54,931 nt of DNA, taken from NCBI GenBank assembly GCA_964563775.1, contig CAZLYH010000003.1, positions 1-54,931 on the forward strand. Direction: 5' to 3'. Source of the DNA: an uncultured Syntrophomonadaceae bacterium (GTDB lineage: Bacteria; Bacillota; Syntrophomonadia; Syntrophomonadales; Syntrophomonadaceae). Under the pieces are notes generated by a model. It was not told the DNA's origin, did not search any database, and saw only the letters and a program-made list of their open reading frames with translations. Below, in pieces: positions 36,851 through 46,651 of the stretch (position 1 is the first letter of the stretch; every line of letters starts with the position of its first letter). The translations under genes and the position numbers were made by a program.

Positions 36851-38602
36851 CTAATAAGGTAATATAAGGTTTAAAATAATACCCACCGAAAACGAAGTGG
36901 CCAGGCCCAAGCCCAATATTTTGGCGAGCTCCTTGCCCCCCAGTTCCCGCACCGTCATCACCATAACCGGCAGGCAAGGCAAAGACAGGGCAATCATGGC
37001 GATGGCAATAGTGGCTTCCCGGGGTGTTAAAGCCAGATTGAGCAAAACCAGTGGTGCCAGGTAACGCTGCACAATGGTAATCAGCACGGCGACAAAGGCC
37101 TGTGCCGGAATACCAAAAGCCAAACGGGTTAAGCCTTCTATCCCGGTCACCAATTCCAGCACACCCGATTCAATCAGGGCCCGGACTCCGATGCTCATGA
37201 GCAGGAGTAGAGGAAGCACCTCGGTAAAGAACCCGGCAAAACGCTGTTTCACCTTTTGGGCGACATTCCTCCAGTCGGGTATCCGCAATGGGGGAAGTTC
37301 ATAAATCTCATTCCGTGTACCGGGATAGAGTTTGCGTAAAATAACTCCCAGCACCACCAGGGTAATGATCATGGCAGAAATCAGAACTCCCAGAGAAGCA
37401 TTAAACGCAGATATAACCGAAGCCATAATTCCCACCGTAGCGGCACAGGGAATAACTATGGACAGAAGCGTCACCACGATAAAGCGCTCCCCGTAGGAAG
37501 GAAGTATCCGTGTCGCCAGTACCGCCGGGGTGCGACAGCCAAACCCCATGGAGAGAGGAATAACGGCCTGACCAGATACCCCAAATAGGCTTCCCACTCT
37601 TTCCAGGGCTACAGAATAGCGCGGCAACAATCCCGTGTCTTCCAATAAAGAAATAATTAGATTAACCGCCAGCATAGCCGGCATTATTATACTGAAAGGT
37701 ATAATCAGCCCCTCGGGAACTGCCTGGGAAAGAACTTGATTAACAAAGCCCACCGGTAACAGCCCGGCGATAGCCGAGGCCAACCAGGTATTAAATGGCT
37801 CCAAAGCCCGGGCCACAGGTCCCTCACTAAACTCAATGAATTTTACAAGAAAGTAAAACCCGGCATACGCCAGTAAAAGCAGTACAACCGTTCCGCTAAC
37901 AGGCCGGTCCAGAATCGCCTGGATGAAGTCCAACCCGTTCCTCCTGCCTTCCCCTTCTTGTCTGGTCACCACCCCTGCTATCCGTCGAGCCTTCTCCCAC
38001 CTGTCGAGATCCTGGTGCTCCACCCCGCCGGGAGCAGCACCAATAGAATTATCACCGCACCCGCCACAACCCCGACACCCGGTAAGGCAACCTGCATCCT
38101 TGGACCCCGCTGTAACATGCTGCAGATAGCTTTCCAGCCACGCCGTCAGCTTTTCCTTTCCTTCCCCGCTTAAAGCGGAAAAGCCCACCACCGGACAATT
38201 CAATTGCCGGGATAAATCATTCAGATCAACCTCGATTCCCACCTGGCGAGCTTCATCCACCAGGTTTACAACCACCAAAACCTCCGCCCCCAACTCCTGC
38301 AATTCCAGAGTTAACGCCAGATTGCGCGCCAGGTTGGTAGCGTCCAGCACATTGATGACCAGATCAGTCTTACCCGGTTCCAGTAGTTCCCTTATGTGAT
38401 TAGCCTCAGGGCTATCCGAAAAAATCGAATATATCCCCGGGGTATCATAGATAAACAACCGGTGCGGGCCGAACTGTACCGGGTATTTGGATATTTCCAC
38501 CGATGTTCCCGGATAGTTGGCAACCAGGGTGGAAACACCAAAAAGCCGCTGCATAACCGCACTTTTCCCGGAATTCGGGTTTCCCACCATAATAAAGTTC
38601 AT
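36851..38602 (-). CDS. feoB: ferrous iron transporter FeoB
   Basis: 583 aa. G1 motif GNPNSGKS, G-domain, then a polytopic membrane domain. An unusual Cys/Gly-rich linker CLTGCRGCGGCG joins the two. Confidence 0.9.
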   Translation of the reverse strand: MNFIMVGNPNSGKSAVMQRLFGVSTLVANYPGTSVEISKYPVQFGPHRLFIYDTPGIYSIFSDSPEANHIRELLEPGKTDLVINVLDATNLARNLALTLELQELGAEVLVVVNLVDEARQVGIEVDLNDLSRQLNCPVVGFSALSGEGKEKLTAWLESYLQHVTAGSKDAGCLTGCRGCGGCGDNSIGAAPGGVEHQDLDRWEKARRIAGVVTRQEGEGRRNGLDFIQAILDRPVSGTVVLLLLAYAGFYFLVKFIEFSEGPVARALEPFNTWLASAIAGLLPVGFVNQVLSQAVPEGLIIPFSIIMPAMLAVNLIISLLEDTGLLPRYSVALERVGSLFGVSGQAVIPLSMGFGCRTPAVLATRILPSYGERFIVVTLLSIVIPCAATVGIMASVISAFNASLGVLISAMIITLVVLGVILRKLYPGTRNEIYELPPLRIPDWRNVAQKVKQRFAGFFTEVLPLLLLMSIGVRALIESGVLELVTGIEGLTRLAFGIPAQAFVAVLITIVQRYLAPLVLLNLALTPREATIAIAMIALSLPCLPVMVMTVRELGGKELAKILGLGLATSFSVGIILNLILPY

Positions 38603-38618
38603 AATTCTCCCCTCAAGT

Positions 38619-38637
38619 GATAATAATAATCATTTTC
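38619..38637. promoter_or_regulatory. Fur box upstream of feoB
   Basis: GATAATAATAATCATTTTC matches the 19-bp consensus GATAATGATAATCATTATC at 17 of 19 positions. It lies 17 nt upstream of the feoB start. Confidence 0.8.
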
Positions 38638-38656
38638 ATAATGGTTATAAAAAAAA

Positions 38657-39088
38657 TTACCGCTGCAGACAATCAGGACAATAAGCAAACAGTTTTAATT
38701 CATGGTCTACGATCTGGTAGCCCTTTTTCTCCAGATAATCCTCCAGGGGATGTAATAAATCTTCATCTACCTCAACGATCTGCCCGCATGACAGGCAAAT
38801 AATATGGTGGTGATGGTGAGAGTTCCCATCAGCCAATTCGTAACGGTACTTGCCCTCATCAAACATACTCTTATAGAGAATGTTCATACCGGCTAACCTC
38901 TCCAGAGTGCGGTAAACAGTAGCCATGCCCAGGTTGGGAACCTTTTTGCGAGCTTCCAGTAATACCTCTTCGGCGGTGAAATGTTTGCCGGGGTTGGCCT
39001 GCATGACATCAAGCACCGCCCCCCTTTGGGTAGTTAGGCGGTAGTTCTGCTCCTCCAGCCTCTGGTTGATCATTCGGCTCCTGACCAT
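38657..39088 (-). CDS. fur: Fur-family metalloregulator
   Basis: HHHHHIICLSCG and CPDC metal sites, winged helix RLTTQRGAVLDVM. I prefer the ATG at 39088 (AGGAGA 6 nt upstream), because the longer track ORF (to 39148) would include the promoter and the Fur box. Confidence 0.88.
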   Translation of the reverse strand: MVRSRMINQRLEEQNYRLTTQRGAVLDVMQANPGKHFTAEEVLLEARKKVPNLGMATVYRTLERLAGMNILYKSMFDEGKYRYELADGNSHHHHHIICLSCGQIVEVDEDLLHPLEDYLEKKGYQIVDHELKLFAYCPDCLQR

Positions 39089-39110
39089 TTTCATTCTCCT
39101 GATAATGATT

Positions 39111-39129
39111 ATTGTTATCAGTATATTAC
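39111..39129. promoter_or_regulatory. Fur box overlapping the fur promoter/TSS (autoregulation)
   Basis: GATAATGATTATTGTTATC matches the Fur-box consensus at 16 of 19 positions, immediately downstream of the -10 hexamer. Confidence 0.75.
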
Positions 39130-39158
39130 AGTCCGCAGCCGCTTTCAAGGGAAAACAA
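39130..39158 (-). promoter_or_regulatory. sigma-A-like promoter, TTGAAA-N17-TATACT, for fur-feoB
   Basis: Minus-strand TTGAAA (39158-39153) and TATACT (39135-39130). Confidence 0.55.
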
Positions 39159-39159
39159 G

Positions 39160-39189
39160 GGGTCTAAAAGACCCCTTGCGCTGCACCAT
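39160..39189 (-). terminator. intrinsic terminator after gdhA
   Basis: Minus strand reads CAAGGGGTCT-TT-AGACCCCTTG followed by TTTTC. Confidence 0.75.
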
Positions 39190-39225
39190 TGATGTCGTTC
39201 CTCACCTGGCTCGGTAAACAAGTGT

Positions 39226-40593
<1,368 letters not shown>

Positions 40594-40667
40594 CTACGGT
40601 GTTCATCAAAATTATAGTTTGGTCAGGAGAGGGTGTAAACCCATTTATATTGCGGTATACAGTATAT

Positions 40668-40692
40668 CTGAATGGGGACACACTCTCCCCCC
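40668..40692. repeat. copy 1 of a ~23-25-nt direct repeat/hairpin in the gdhA leader
   Basis: Plus strand CTGAATGGGGACACACTCTCCCCCC. On the mRNA strand it reads GGGGAGAGTGTGTCCCCATTCAG, a GGGGA/TCCCC stem. Confidence 0.5.
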
Positions 40693-40770
40693 GGCAGCTT
40701 TTCTCAGAAGCTCCGGAAGAACCCCATTGCGTTCAAACCGATCTGGTTGGGAAGGAATGTCCCCGGGCAT

Positions 40771-40793
40771 GTGAACGGGGTCACACCTCCCCC
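40771..40793. repeat. copy 2 of the gdhA-leader repeat
   Basis: Plus strand GTGAACGGGGTCACACCTCCCCC, collinear with copy 1 (TGAAYGGGGWCACAC(T)CTCCCCC), about 103 nt away. Confidence 0.5.
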
Positions 40794-40814
40794 TCGTGGC
40801 TTTTTCCGGGTCAA

Positions 40815-41777
40815 TCAGGCTGTGCGCAGATCCTTTATATCTGCCTTGTCACGCAATTCGTTCAGATATTTGCTGAAAATCTCCTCCTGCCGGTCGGTTT
40901 TCAGCTGGTTTATAATCTGCTGTTGCACCTGGTCAAAACTCTTCTGCACCGCCTCCTGCCGTTGTCCCACCTTTATAATGTGGTAGCCAAAGCGAGTCTT
41001 GACCGGCTCCGCGGTCATGGTACCGGGCTGCAGGGCCAGGGCCGCATCTTTAAAGGTCTGGTCGTAAGGGCTGCCGGGATTAATAAGTCCCAGGGCGCCG
41101 CCATCCTTTTTACTGGGACAATCGGAGTACGTGCGGGCCAGTTCTCCAAAGTCTGCTCCCTGCTTCAGCTGGGCGGTTAATTCATTAGCCTGTTCCGGTG
41201 AGGATACCAGGATGTGGAATACCTCTATTCCTCCCTCATCCTTAAATTCATCCGTATGAGCGTCGTAGTACTCACGGGCTTCTTTTTCATCCACGCTGAC
41301 TTCAGAAGTTACTGCCTCGCGCAGTTTGGAATATAAAATCTGGGTTTTCAGTTCCTTATGAAAAAATGCCTCGTCAATGCCGTTTTTGTCCAAAAAGGCC
41401 TGATAGGCCTGTTGATCCAGCCCGGCTTTGGCCTCCCCATCACTGACCTCAATCTTTCGGGTGGAAGCCTCCTGCCAGAGCAGTTTTTGCAGAATCATTT
41501 CCTCATAACTCTGTTCCTTGAGCTTCTTGATAACCTCCCGGTCCTTCTCCTCATCCAGAGCGGGAGCCGGCCCGGAACCATCAGCTGGTGCACTGCCCAG
41601 AACACTTTGTTCGTAGAAGGTTTTTACGATAAGGTAATGCTGGTCCAGCTCCGCCTGAGTTATAGGGTCGCCATTTACCAAGGCGATCGTTTTTGGCTTC
41701 TCTTCCTGCTGGCACCCCCAAACTAAAAAACAGGCCAACAAAAGCACCGCCAGCAGGAAACCTTTTCTTCTCCCCAT
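40815..41777 (-). CDS. parvulin-type peptidyl-prolyl isomerase, probable lipoprotein (PrsA/SurA-like)
   Basis: PpiC domain FHILVSS...DFGELARTYSDCPSKKDGGALG...GYHIIKV. Signal/lipobox-like LLLACFLVWGC. ATG at 41777 with AGGAGGG 6 nt upstream; the track ORF starts 8 codons earlier. Confidence 0.85.
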   Translation of the reverse strand: MGRRKGFLLAVLLLACFLVWGCQQEEKPKTIALVNGDPITQAELDQHYLIVKTFYEQSVLGSAPADGSGPAPALDEEKDREVIKKLKEQSYEEMILQKLLWQEASTRKIEVSDGEAKAGLDQQAYQAFLDKNGIDEAFFHKELKTQILYSKLREAVTSEVSVDEKEAREYYDAHTDEFKDEGGIEVFHILVSSPEQANELTAQLKQGADFGELARTYSDCPSKKDGGALGLINPGSPYDQTFKDAALALQPGTMTAEPVKTRFGYHIIKVGQRQEAVQKSFDQVQQQIINQLKTDRQEEIFSKYLNELRDKADIKDLRTA

Positions 41778-41798
41778 GTTTTTCCCTCCTGCCATAGA

Positions 41799-41824
41799 CA
41801 AAAGCCCGGGTTTGGAACCGGGCC
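41799..41824 (-). terminator. intrinsic terminator after icd
   Basis: Minus strand reads GCCCGG-TTCCAAAC-CCGGGC followed by TTTTG. Confidence 0.65.
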
Positions 41825-41839
41825 TGTACTGATTTAATG

Positions 41840-43111
41840 TTACATGTTCTTAATTAGTTGGTCAGCAAACTGGGAGCATTTTACCTCGGTGGCACCGTCC
41901 ATCAGGCGGGCAAAATCATAGGTTACCACTTTGCTGGCGATGGACTTTTCCATGGCGGCAATAATGAGATCAGCCGCCTCATTCCAGTTCAGATGGCGCA
42001 GCATCATTTCCCCGGATAAAATAACCGAGGAGGGATTTACCTTATCCAGACCGGCATATTTGGGCGCCGTCCCATGAGTTGCTTCAAAAATGGCATGACC
42101 GGTGACATAGTTGATGTTGGCACCGGGTGCTATACCGATTCCACCCACCTGCGCGGCCAGGGCATCAGAAATATAGTCCCCGTTAAGGTTCAGAGTAGCC
42201 ACTACATCAAACTCATCCGGGCGGGTTAAAATCTGCTGCAAGAAAATGTCGGCAATAGCATCCTTAACCAGTATTTTGCCACTGGCCAGGGCCTCATCTT
42301 GAACCCGGTCAGCCGCCTGTGCTCCCTTTTCTTCCTTGATCCGGTCATACTGTTCCCAGGTAAAGACCTTTTCCCCGAATTCCTCTTCGGCCAGCTCATA
42401 GCCCCAGTTACGAAAAGCCCCTTCGGTATACTTCATGATATTGCCTTTGTGAACCAGGGTTACGCTTTTACGTCCGTTTTCAATAGCGTAATTCATAGCC
42501 GCCCGAACCAGGCGTTGACTTCCCTCTTTGGAAACAGGCTTGATGCCAATACCGGAAGTCTGGGGGAAACGGATTTTGCTTACTCCCATTTCCTGCTGCA
42601 AAAAGTCGATTAGTTTCTTTACTTCGGGAGAATCACTGGCATATTCGATCCCGGCGTAAATATCTTCCGTATTTTCCCGGAATATAACCATGTCTACCTT
42701 TTCCGGGCGGCATACCGGGGAAGGAACCCCTTTAAAATAACGTACCGGACGTAAACAGGTATAGAGATCCAGTTCCTGCCTTAGAGCCACATTCAGAGAA
42801 CGAATCCCTCCCCCTATAGGAGTAGTGAGGGGTCCCTTGATGGCAATCGTATACTCGCGGATGGTATCCAGAGTCTCTTGCGGCAGCCATTCTCCGCATT
42901 CATTAAACGCCTTTTCCCCGGCCAATACTTCTTTCCACACTATGGATTTTTTTCCCTGATAAGCTCTGGCAACTGCAGCCTCCAGAACTCGTGAGGCCGC
43001 GGCCCAGATATCCGGCCCGGTCCCATCGCCTTCGATAAAGGGAATGACCGCGTGGTCGGGCACCTTCAATACACCGTTTTCCACAAGGATCTTCTCTCCC
43101 TGCACCAACAA
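41840..43111 (-). CDS. icd: NADP-dependent isocitrate dehydrogenase
   Basis: 423 aa. [27 protein letters not shown] and [26 protein letters not shown] motifs. Confidence 0.93.
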   Translation of the reverse strand: MLVQGEKILVENGVLKVPDHAVIPFIEGDGTGPDIWAAASRVLEAAVARAYQGKKSIVWKEVLAGEKAFNECGEWLPQETLDTIREYTIAIKGPLTTPIGGGIRSLNVALRQELDLYTCLRPVRYFKGVPSPVCRPEKVDMVIFRENTEDIYAGIEYASDSPEVKKLIDFLQQEMGVSKIRFPQTSGIGIKPVSKEGSQRLVRAAMNYAIENGRKSVTLVHKGNIMKYTEGAFRNWGYELAEEEFGEKVFTWEQYDRIKEEKGAQAADRVQDEALASGKILVKDAIADIFLQQILTRPDEFDVVATLNLNGDYISDALAAQVGGIGIAPGANINYVTGHAIFEATHGTAPKYAGLDKVNPSSVILSGEMMLRHLNWNEAADLIIAAMEKSIASKVVTYDFARLMDGATEVKCSQFADQLIKNM

Positions 43112-43127
43112 ACACCTCCATATGATT

Positions 43128-43152
43128 AACCCGGCCCGGGGAACCGGGCCTG
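43128..43152 (-). terminator. GC hairpin after the 1154-aa gene; terminator-like with a weak U-tract
   Basis: GGCCCGG-(GGAA/TTCC)-CCGGGCC. It shares the 13-nt string GGAACCGGGCCTG with the hairpin at 41804-41823. Confidence 0.45.
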
Positions 43153-43168
43153 AATGGGTCCTATTGCT

Positions 43169-46100
43169 CTACTTGCATCCCCGGGCTGATATGTCTGCCA
43201 GGAAAAGCCGTTGGGCGGCATCCGTTTCCACCGACGGCAGAAATATAGGGGCGGGATCGGGTAACACCAGGTTTGCTCGCTCCTCCCGGTTAACAGGCTG
43301 AGTATATGATTCGGGAAATTGTAAAACCTGTTTCTGAGCAGAATCATGCACCAGCAGTCGATGTAGAATTCCGGAGGGGGTAGTAAGACTTCCTGGTATA
43401 ACCGAATCCAGTAGCTTCCACTCACCCGCGGCAGTAAGGTAATGACCATACCTTTCTCCGGGGGCCGGCATGGGAATTACCAGATCAGCCAGTTCAGCAG
43501 TGGCATGCATACAGGGCGCAGCTACTACCAGCAAATCAACCTGGCGCAGTACTTTCCCGTCCAGCAACCCGGCTCCGATCGGATCTTCACCAAGAATAAA
43601 TACCGCTCGGCATTGACCCGCATGTATGCATTGTACCAGTTCCGCAGTGCTATTGACAAAACCTGCTTTGGTAATACCCGGTCGGTTACCCCCCGGGCCA
43701 ATTATCAGCAAACCACCAGCACCCTTCAGGTGCCCGGTCAAGGCGGCCAGATTGGCCAAAACTTGCACGGCCGCTGTGCTGACCATATATCCATCTACAA
43801 CCATAATGGCATGTTTGGCTCCAACCATTTCCTCCGCAATACGCTCCTGTATATGATCAAAATCCCTGCCGGCAAAGGAAATATCCGATGCAGCCAAACC
43901 TTTTTCCCCATTACAAGCATCTCGAGCAGCCGGAGAATGTTTTAGCACTGCGGCCAGGACTCCCTCCAGCCAGTCGGTGGCATTGCCGGCAGGTTGAACC
44001 CGCATCCAGGCGCAGTCTTCCAGCACGTTGTCATCGGGGCTGATGACCACCAGCCGGGCCCCCTTTTCCACCGCCATCCGGGTGCGCATCAGAGCTACCT
44101 GGCTAAGATCAAAGTCTCCTACCAGCATGATCAAGTCTGCCTGATATAAATCCTCCCAGGAAGCGGTAGACTGGCTGTGACCGATAACCGGCTCCAGACC
44201 CAGCGCAGCATCCCGGGAGAAACTACCCAGCCAGGTCGTTTTTGAAAACCCGGCCGCCAGATTCGCAAGCTGCTGCGCTTCTTCCCCGGAACAGGATGGG
44301 GTAAGGTAAAAGGCGGTTCCCGCCTCCCCGTGTTGCCGGGTGATAGCCTCCCTGCATTCCTGCAGGAAGCGTCCCGCCTCTGCGAAGGAAATTTCACCAA
44401 ATTTGCTTTCCCGGCGCAGCAAAGGTTTTTCCAATCTATCCGTTGGCGTTTTCCATCCGAAGCGGCCCCGCGAACAGAGCAGTCCGTCACTGGCAGGCAT
44501 CACCCTGACCGGCCGGGAACCAAACTTCTCCACCCGGGAGTCACAGGCGATTCCGCAACCGGTGCAGAAGCCGGCTGCTCCGCTCAGTTGCAGCGGAACC
44601 GGTTTGACACCCGGAATTCGTTCACTAAGAGCTCCGGTAGGACATAAGGCCACGCATTCTCCGCAGCTTATGCAACCTGAATCTTTCCAGGCCACGCCCA
44701 TTTCCGGTGTAATGACAGTTGCAAACCCGCGGTCCACCAGGCCCAGAGCACTGACCCCCGCGATTTCCTCACAGACCCTTACACACAGACCGCAGAGAAT
44801 ACATTTTCCCATATCCCGCACCATAAAGGGATGGCTGTCGTCCATCCCCGCCGGGTGCTTGCCTCCCCGCAGACGTTCCGGTTGAACCCCATAACGCCGG
44901 GCATAAGCCAGGAGTTTGCATTCAAAATAGTCCAGGCAGCCGCATTCCAGACAACGCCCCGCCTCGGCCAGGGCCTTTTCCGTCGGTAGAATGTGGCTGA
45001 CCGGTGCAAAGTTGTGCCGGCGCACCTCGGGATCAGCATGTTCCTGCTGGCAGCGGGGTTGCTGGGCAAAACTGTCAAACCAGGATTGCTGAGGTTCCTG
45101 CCGGGACAGATAGGAGGAAGAATGATCCCTAACAGTTTCTCCCTGCAAATAAGCCTGGATGGACTCTGCGGCTTTCTTGCCCCAGGCCACCGCCTCAATG
45201 GCAATCCCCGGACCGCTAACCACATCTCCGCCGGCGAAAACACCCGCCATGCTGGTGGTACAAGTTTGCTCATCGGCATCAATGGTATCCCAGCGACTGA
45301 GAGCCAAATCCTCCAGGCCGGCTGTATTAACCTCCTGGCCAATGGCGGCAATCACCGTATCTACGGAAATAAGCTCTTCTTCTCCAGTAGGAACCGGCCG
45401 CCGTCGACCGGAAGCATCAGGCTCGCCCAGCTTCATCTTGTCCACTTTAACAGCGGCTGCTTTCCCGTTATTGCTGACAATCTCCTGGGGAGCTGCCAGG
45501 AAGTGAAACTGCACGCCCTCTTCCATAGCCTCTTCGATCTCGCTATCCTGCGCCGGCATCTCAGCACGGGTGCGCCGGTACAAAACCATTACCTGCCCGG
45601 CCCCCAGGCGCAATGCGGTACGGGCCGCGTCCATGGCCGTGTTTCCTCCACCAATAACGGCCACCCTGTCACCCAAAGCCACCGGACACTGCTGGGCCAC
45701 CTCACGCAGAAAGTCTATTCCTCCCAGGACCCCTTCTGCTTCCTCCCCGGGACAACCAATGCGGGAGGATTGCCAGGCACCTGTTGCCAGAAAGACGGCA
45801 TCGTGTTCCTGACGTAGAACATCTAAATGAATATCCCGGCCCAGCCGTACATTATTTATAAAGGAGACTCCCAGCGCTTTGATTAGTTGAATCTCCCTTT
45901 CAAGGATCTCTTTGGGAAGTCGATATTCCGGTATACCATAGCGCAGCATTCCCCCTGCTTGCGGCATGGCATCGAATACAGTTACCTGATTACCCGCCCG
46001 GGCCAGAAAGAAGGCCGCCGTCAAGCCAGCCGGTCCCGCCCCCACCACAGCTACCTTCTTGCCGCTGGCCGGCTGAACGGGCGGCTGGTAAGGCATGGCA

Positions 46101-46633
46101 GCAGTCAAGTCCTGCATGCCCACGAAAGCCTTGAGGTTGGCTATGGCAATCGGTTCGTCCACCCTGCCTCGGCGGCAGGCATCTTCACAGGGATGAGGAC
46201 ATACCAGTCCTATGCTTGCCGGCAGGGGATAACTCTCTTTCAACAACTGTACCGCTTCTCTATAATGACCGTTGGCGATAAGTCCCACATAACCCTGGCA
46301 ATCGGTCCCGGCAGGACAAGCCAGGCTGCAAGGGGGACGACAGTCGCCACAATGGTCGGAAAGGAGCAGCTCCAGGGTTAGCTTGCGGGAGCTTTTAACC
46401 CGGTCTGACTCCGAATAGATTACCATACCATCCCGGGCCTCGGTAGCGCAGGCGCGCACCAGGTTGGAAATGCCCTCGACTTCCACCACACAGATGCCAC
46501 AGGCGGCATAGGTTTTCAGGCGCGGCTCGTGGCAAAGGGCAGGAATATCAATGTCATTGGCAATGGCAATATCGAGAATGGTTTGCCCTGCCCGTCCCAC
46601 TGCCTCTCGTCCATCTATGGTCAGCCGTATCAT
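43169..46633 (-). CDS. giant fused redox subunit: NuoG/HydA-type 2Fe-2S N-terminus, GltD/NfnB-like FAD/NAD(P)H domain, 4Fe-4S ferredoxin domains, and a C-terminal molybdopterin-oxidoreductase-like domain
   Basis: 1154 aa. MIRLTIDGREA...CHEPRLKTYAACGICVVEV (2Fe-2S). DHCGDCRPPCSLACP...VAVVGAGPAGLTAA...GGGNTAMDAART (GltD-like). CILCGLCVRVCEE and CISCGECVALCPTGAL (4Fe-4S). FCTGCGIACDSRV...LLCSRGRFGW (Mo-bisPGD-type cluster domain). Confidence 0.8.
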   Translation of the reverse strand: MIRLTIDGREAVGRAGQTILDIAIANDIDIPALCHEPRLKTYAACGICVVEVEGISNLVRACATEARDGMVIYSESDRVKSSRKLTLELLLSDHCGDCRPPCSLACPAGTDCQGYVGLIANGHYREAVQLLKESYPLPASIGLVCPHPCEDACRRGRVDEPIAIANLKAFVGMQDLTAAMPYQPPVQPASGKKVAVVGAGPAGLTAAFFLARAGNQVTVFDAMPQAGGMLRYGIPEYRLPKEILEREIQLIKALGVSFINNVRLGRDIHLDVLRQEHDAVFLATGAWQSSRIGCPGEEAEGVLGGIDFLREVAQQCPVALGDRVAVIGGGNTAMDAARTALRLGAGQVMVLYRRTRAEMPAQDSEIEEAMEEGVQFHFLAAPQEIVSNNGKAAAVKVDKMKLGEPDASGRRRPVPTGEEELISVDTVIAAIGQEVNTAGLEDLALSRWDTIDADEQTCTTSMAGVFAGGDVVSGPGIAIEAVAWGKKAAESIQAYLQGETVRDHSSSYLSRQEPQQSWFDSFAQQPRCQQEHADPEVRRHNFAPVSHILPTEKALAEAGRCLECGCLDYFECKLLAYARRYGVQPERLRGGKHPAGMDDSHPFMVRDMGKCILCGLCVRVCEEIAGVSALGLVDRGFATVITPEMGVAWKDSGCISCGECVALCPTGALSERIPGVKPVPLQLSGAAGFCTGCGIACDSRVEKFGSRPVRVMPASDGLLCSRGRFGWKTPTDRLEKPLLRRESKFGEISFAEAGRFLQECREAITRQHGEAGTAFYLTPSCSGEEAQQLANLAAGFSKTTWLGSFSRDAALGLEPVIGHSQSTASWEDLYQADLIMLVGDFDLSQVALMRTRMAVEKGARLVVISPDDNVLEDCAWMRVQPAGNATDWLEGVLAAVLKHSPAARDACNGEKGLAASDISFAGRDFDHIQERIAEEMVGAKHAIMVVDGYMVSTAAVQVLANLAALTGHLKGAGGLLIIGPGGNRPGITKAGFVNSTAELVQCIHAGQCRAVFILGEDPIGAGLLDGKVLRQVDLLVVAAPCMHATAELADLVIPMPAPGERYGHYLTAAGEWKLLDSVIPGSLTTPSGILHRLLVHDSAQKQVLQFPESYTQPVNREERANLVLPDPAPIFLPSVETDAAQRLFLADISARGCK

Positions 46634-46651
46634 ATTTCACCCTCCTCTCCC

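Noticed and set aside
36711-36977. 88-aa minus-strand ORF spanning the feoB 3' end and the feoB-feoA spacer
   Set aside because: It overlaps the feoB coding frame, is Gly-rich at the N-terminus and lacks an SD. The spacer is treated as non-coding.
40599-41180. 193-aa and 104-aa plus-strand ORFs in the gdhA leader / PPIase antisense region
   Set aside because: They are antisense to the PPIase gene for most of their length, with no SD and no motifs.
43169-44600. Calling the C-terminal domain of the 1154-aa protein a catalytic (seleno)formate dehydrogenase
   Set aside because: There is no in-frame TGA or SECIS-like context. The domain is shorter than catalytic FdhA, and I cannot verify Mo-ligand or formate-site residues by eye. 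I describe it only as molybdopterin-oxidoreductase-like.
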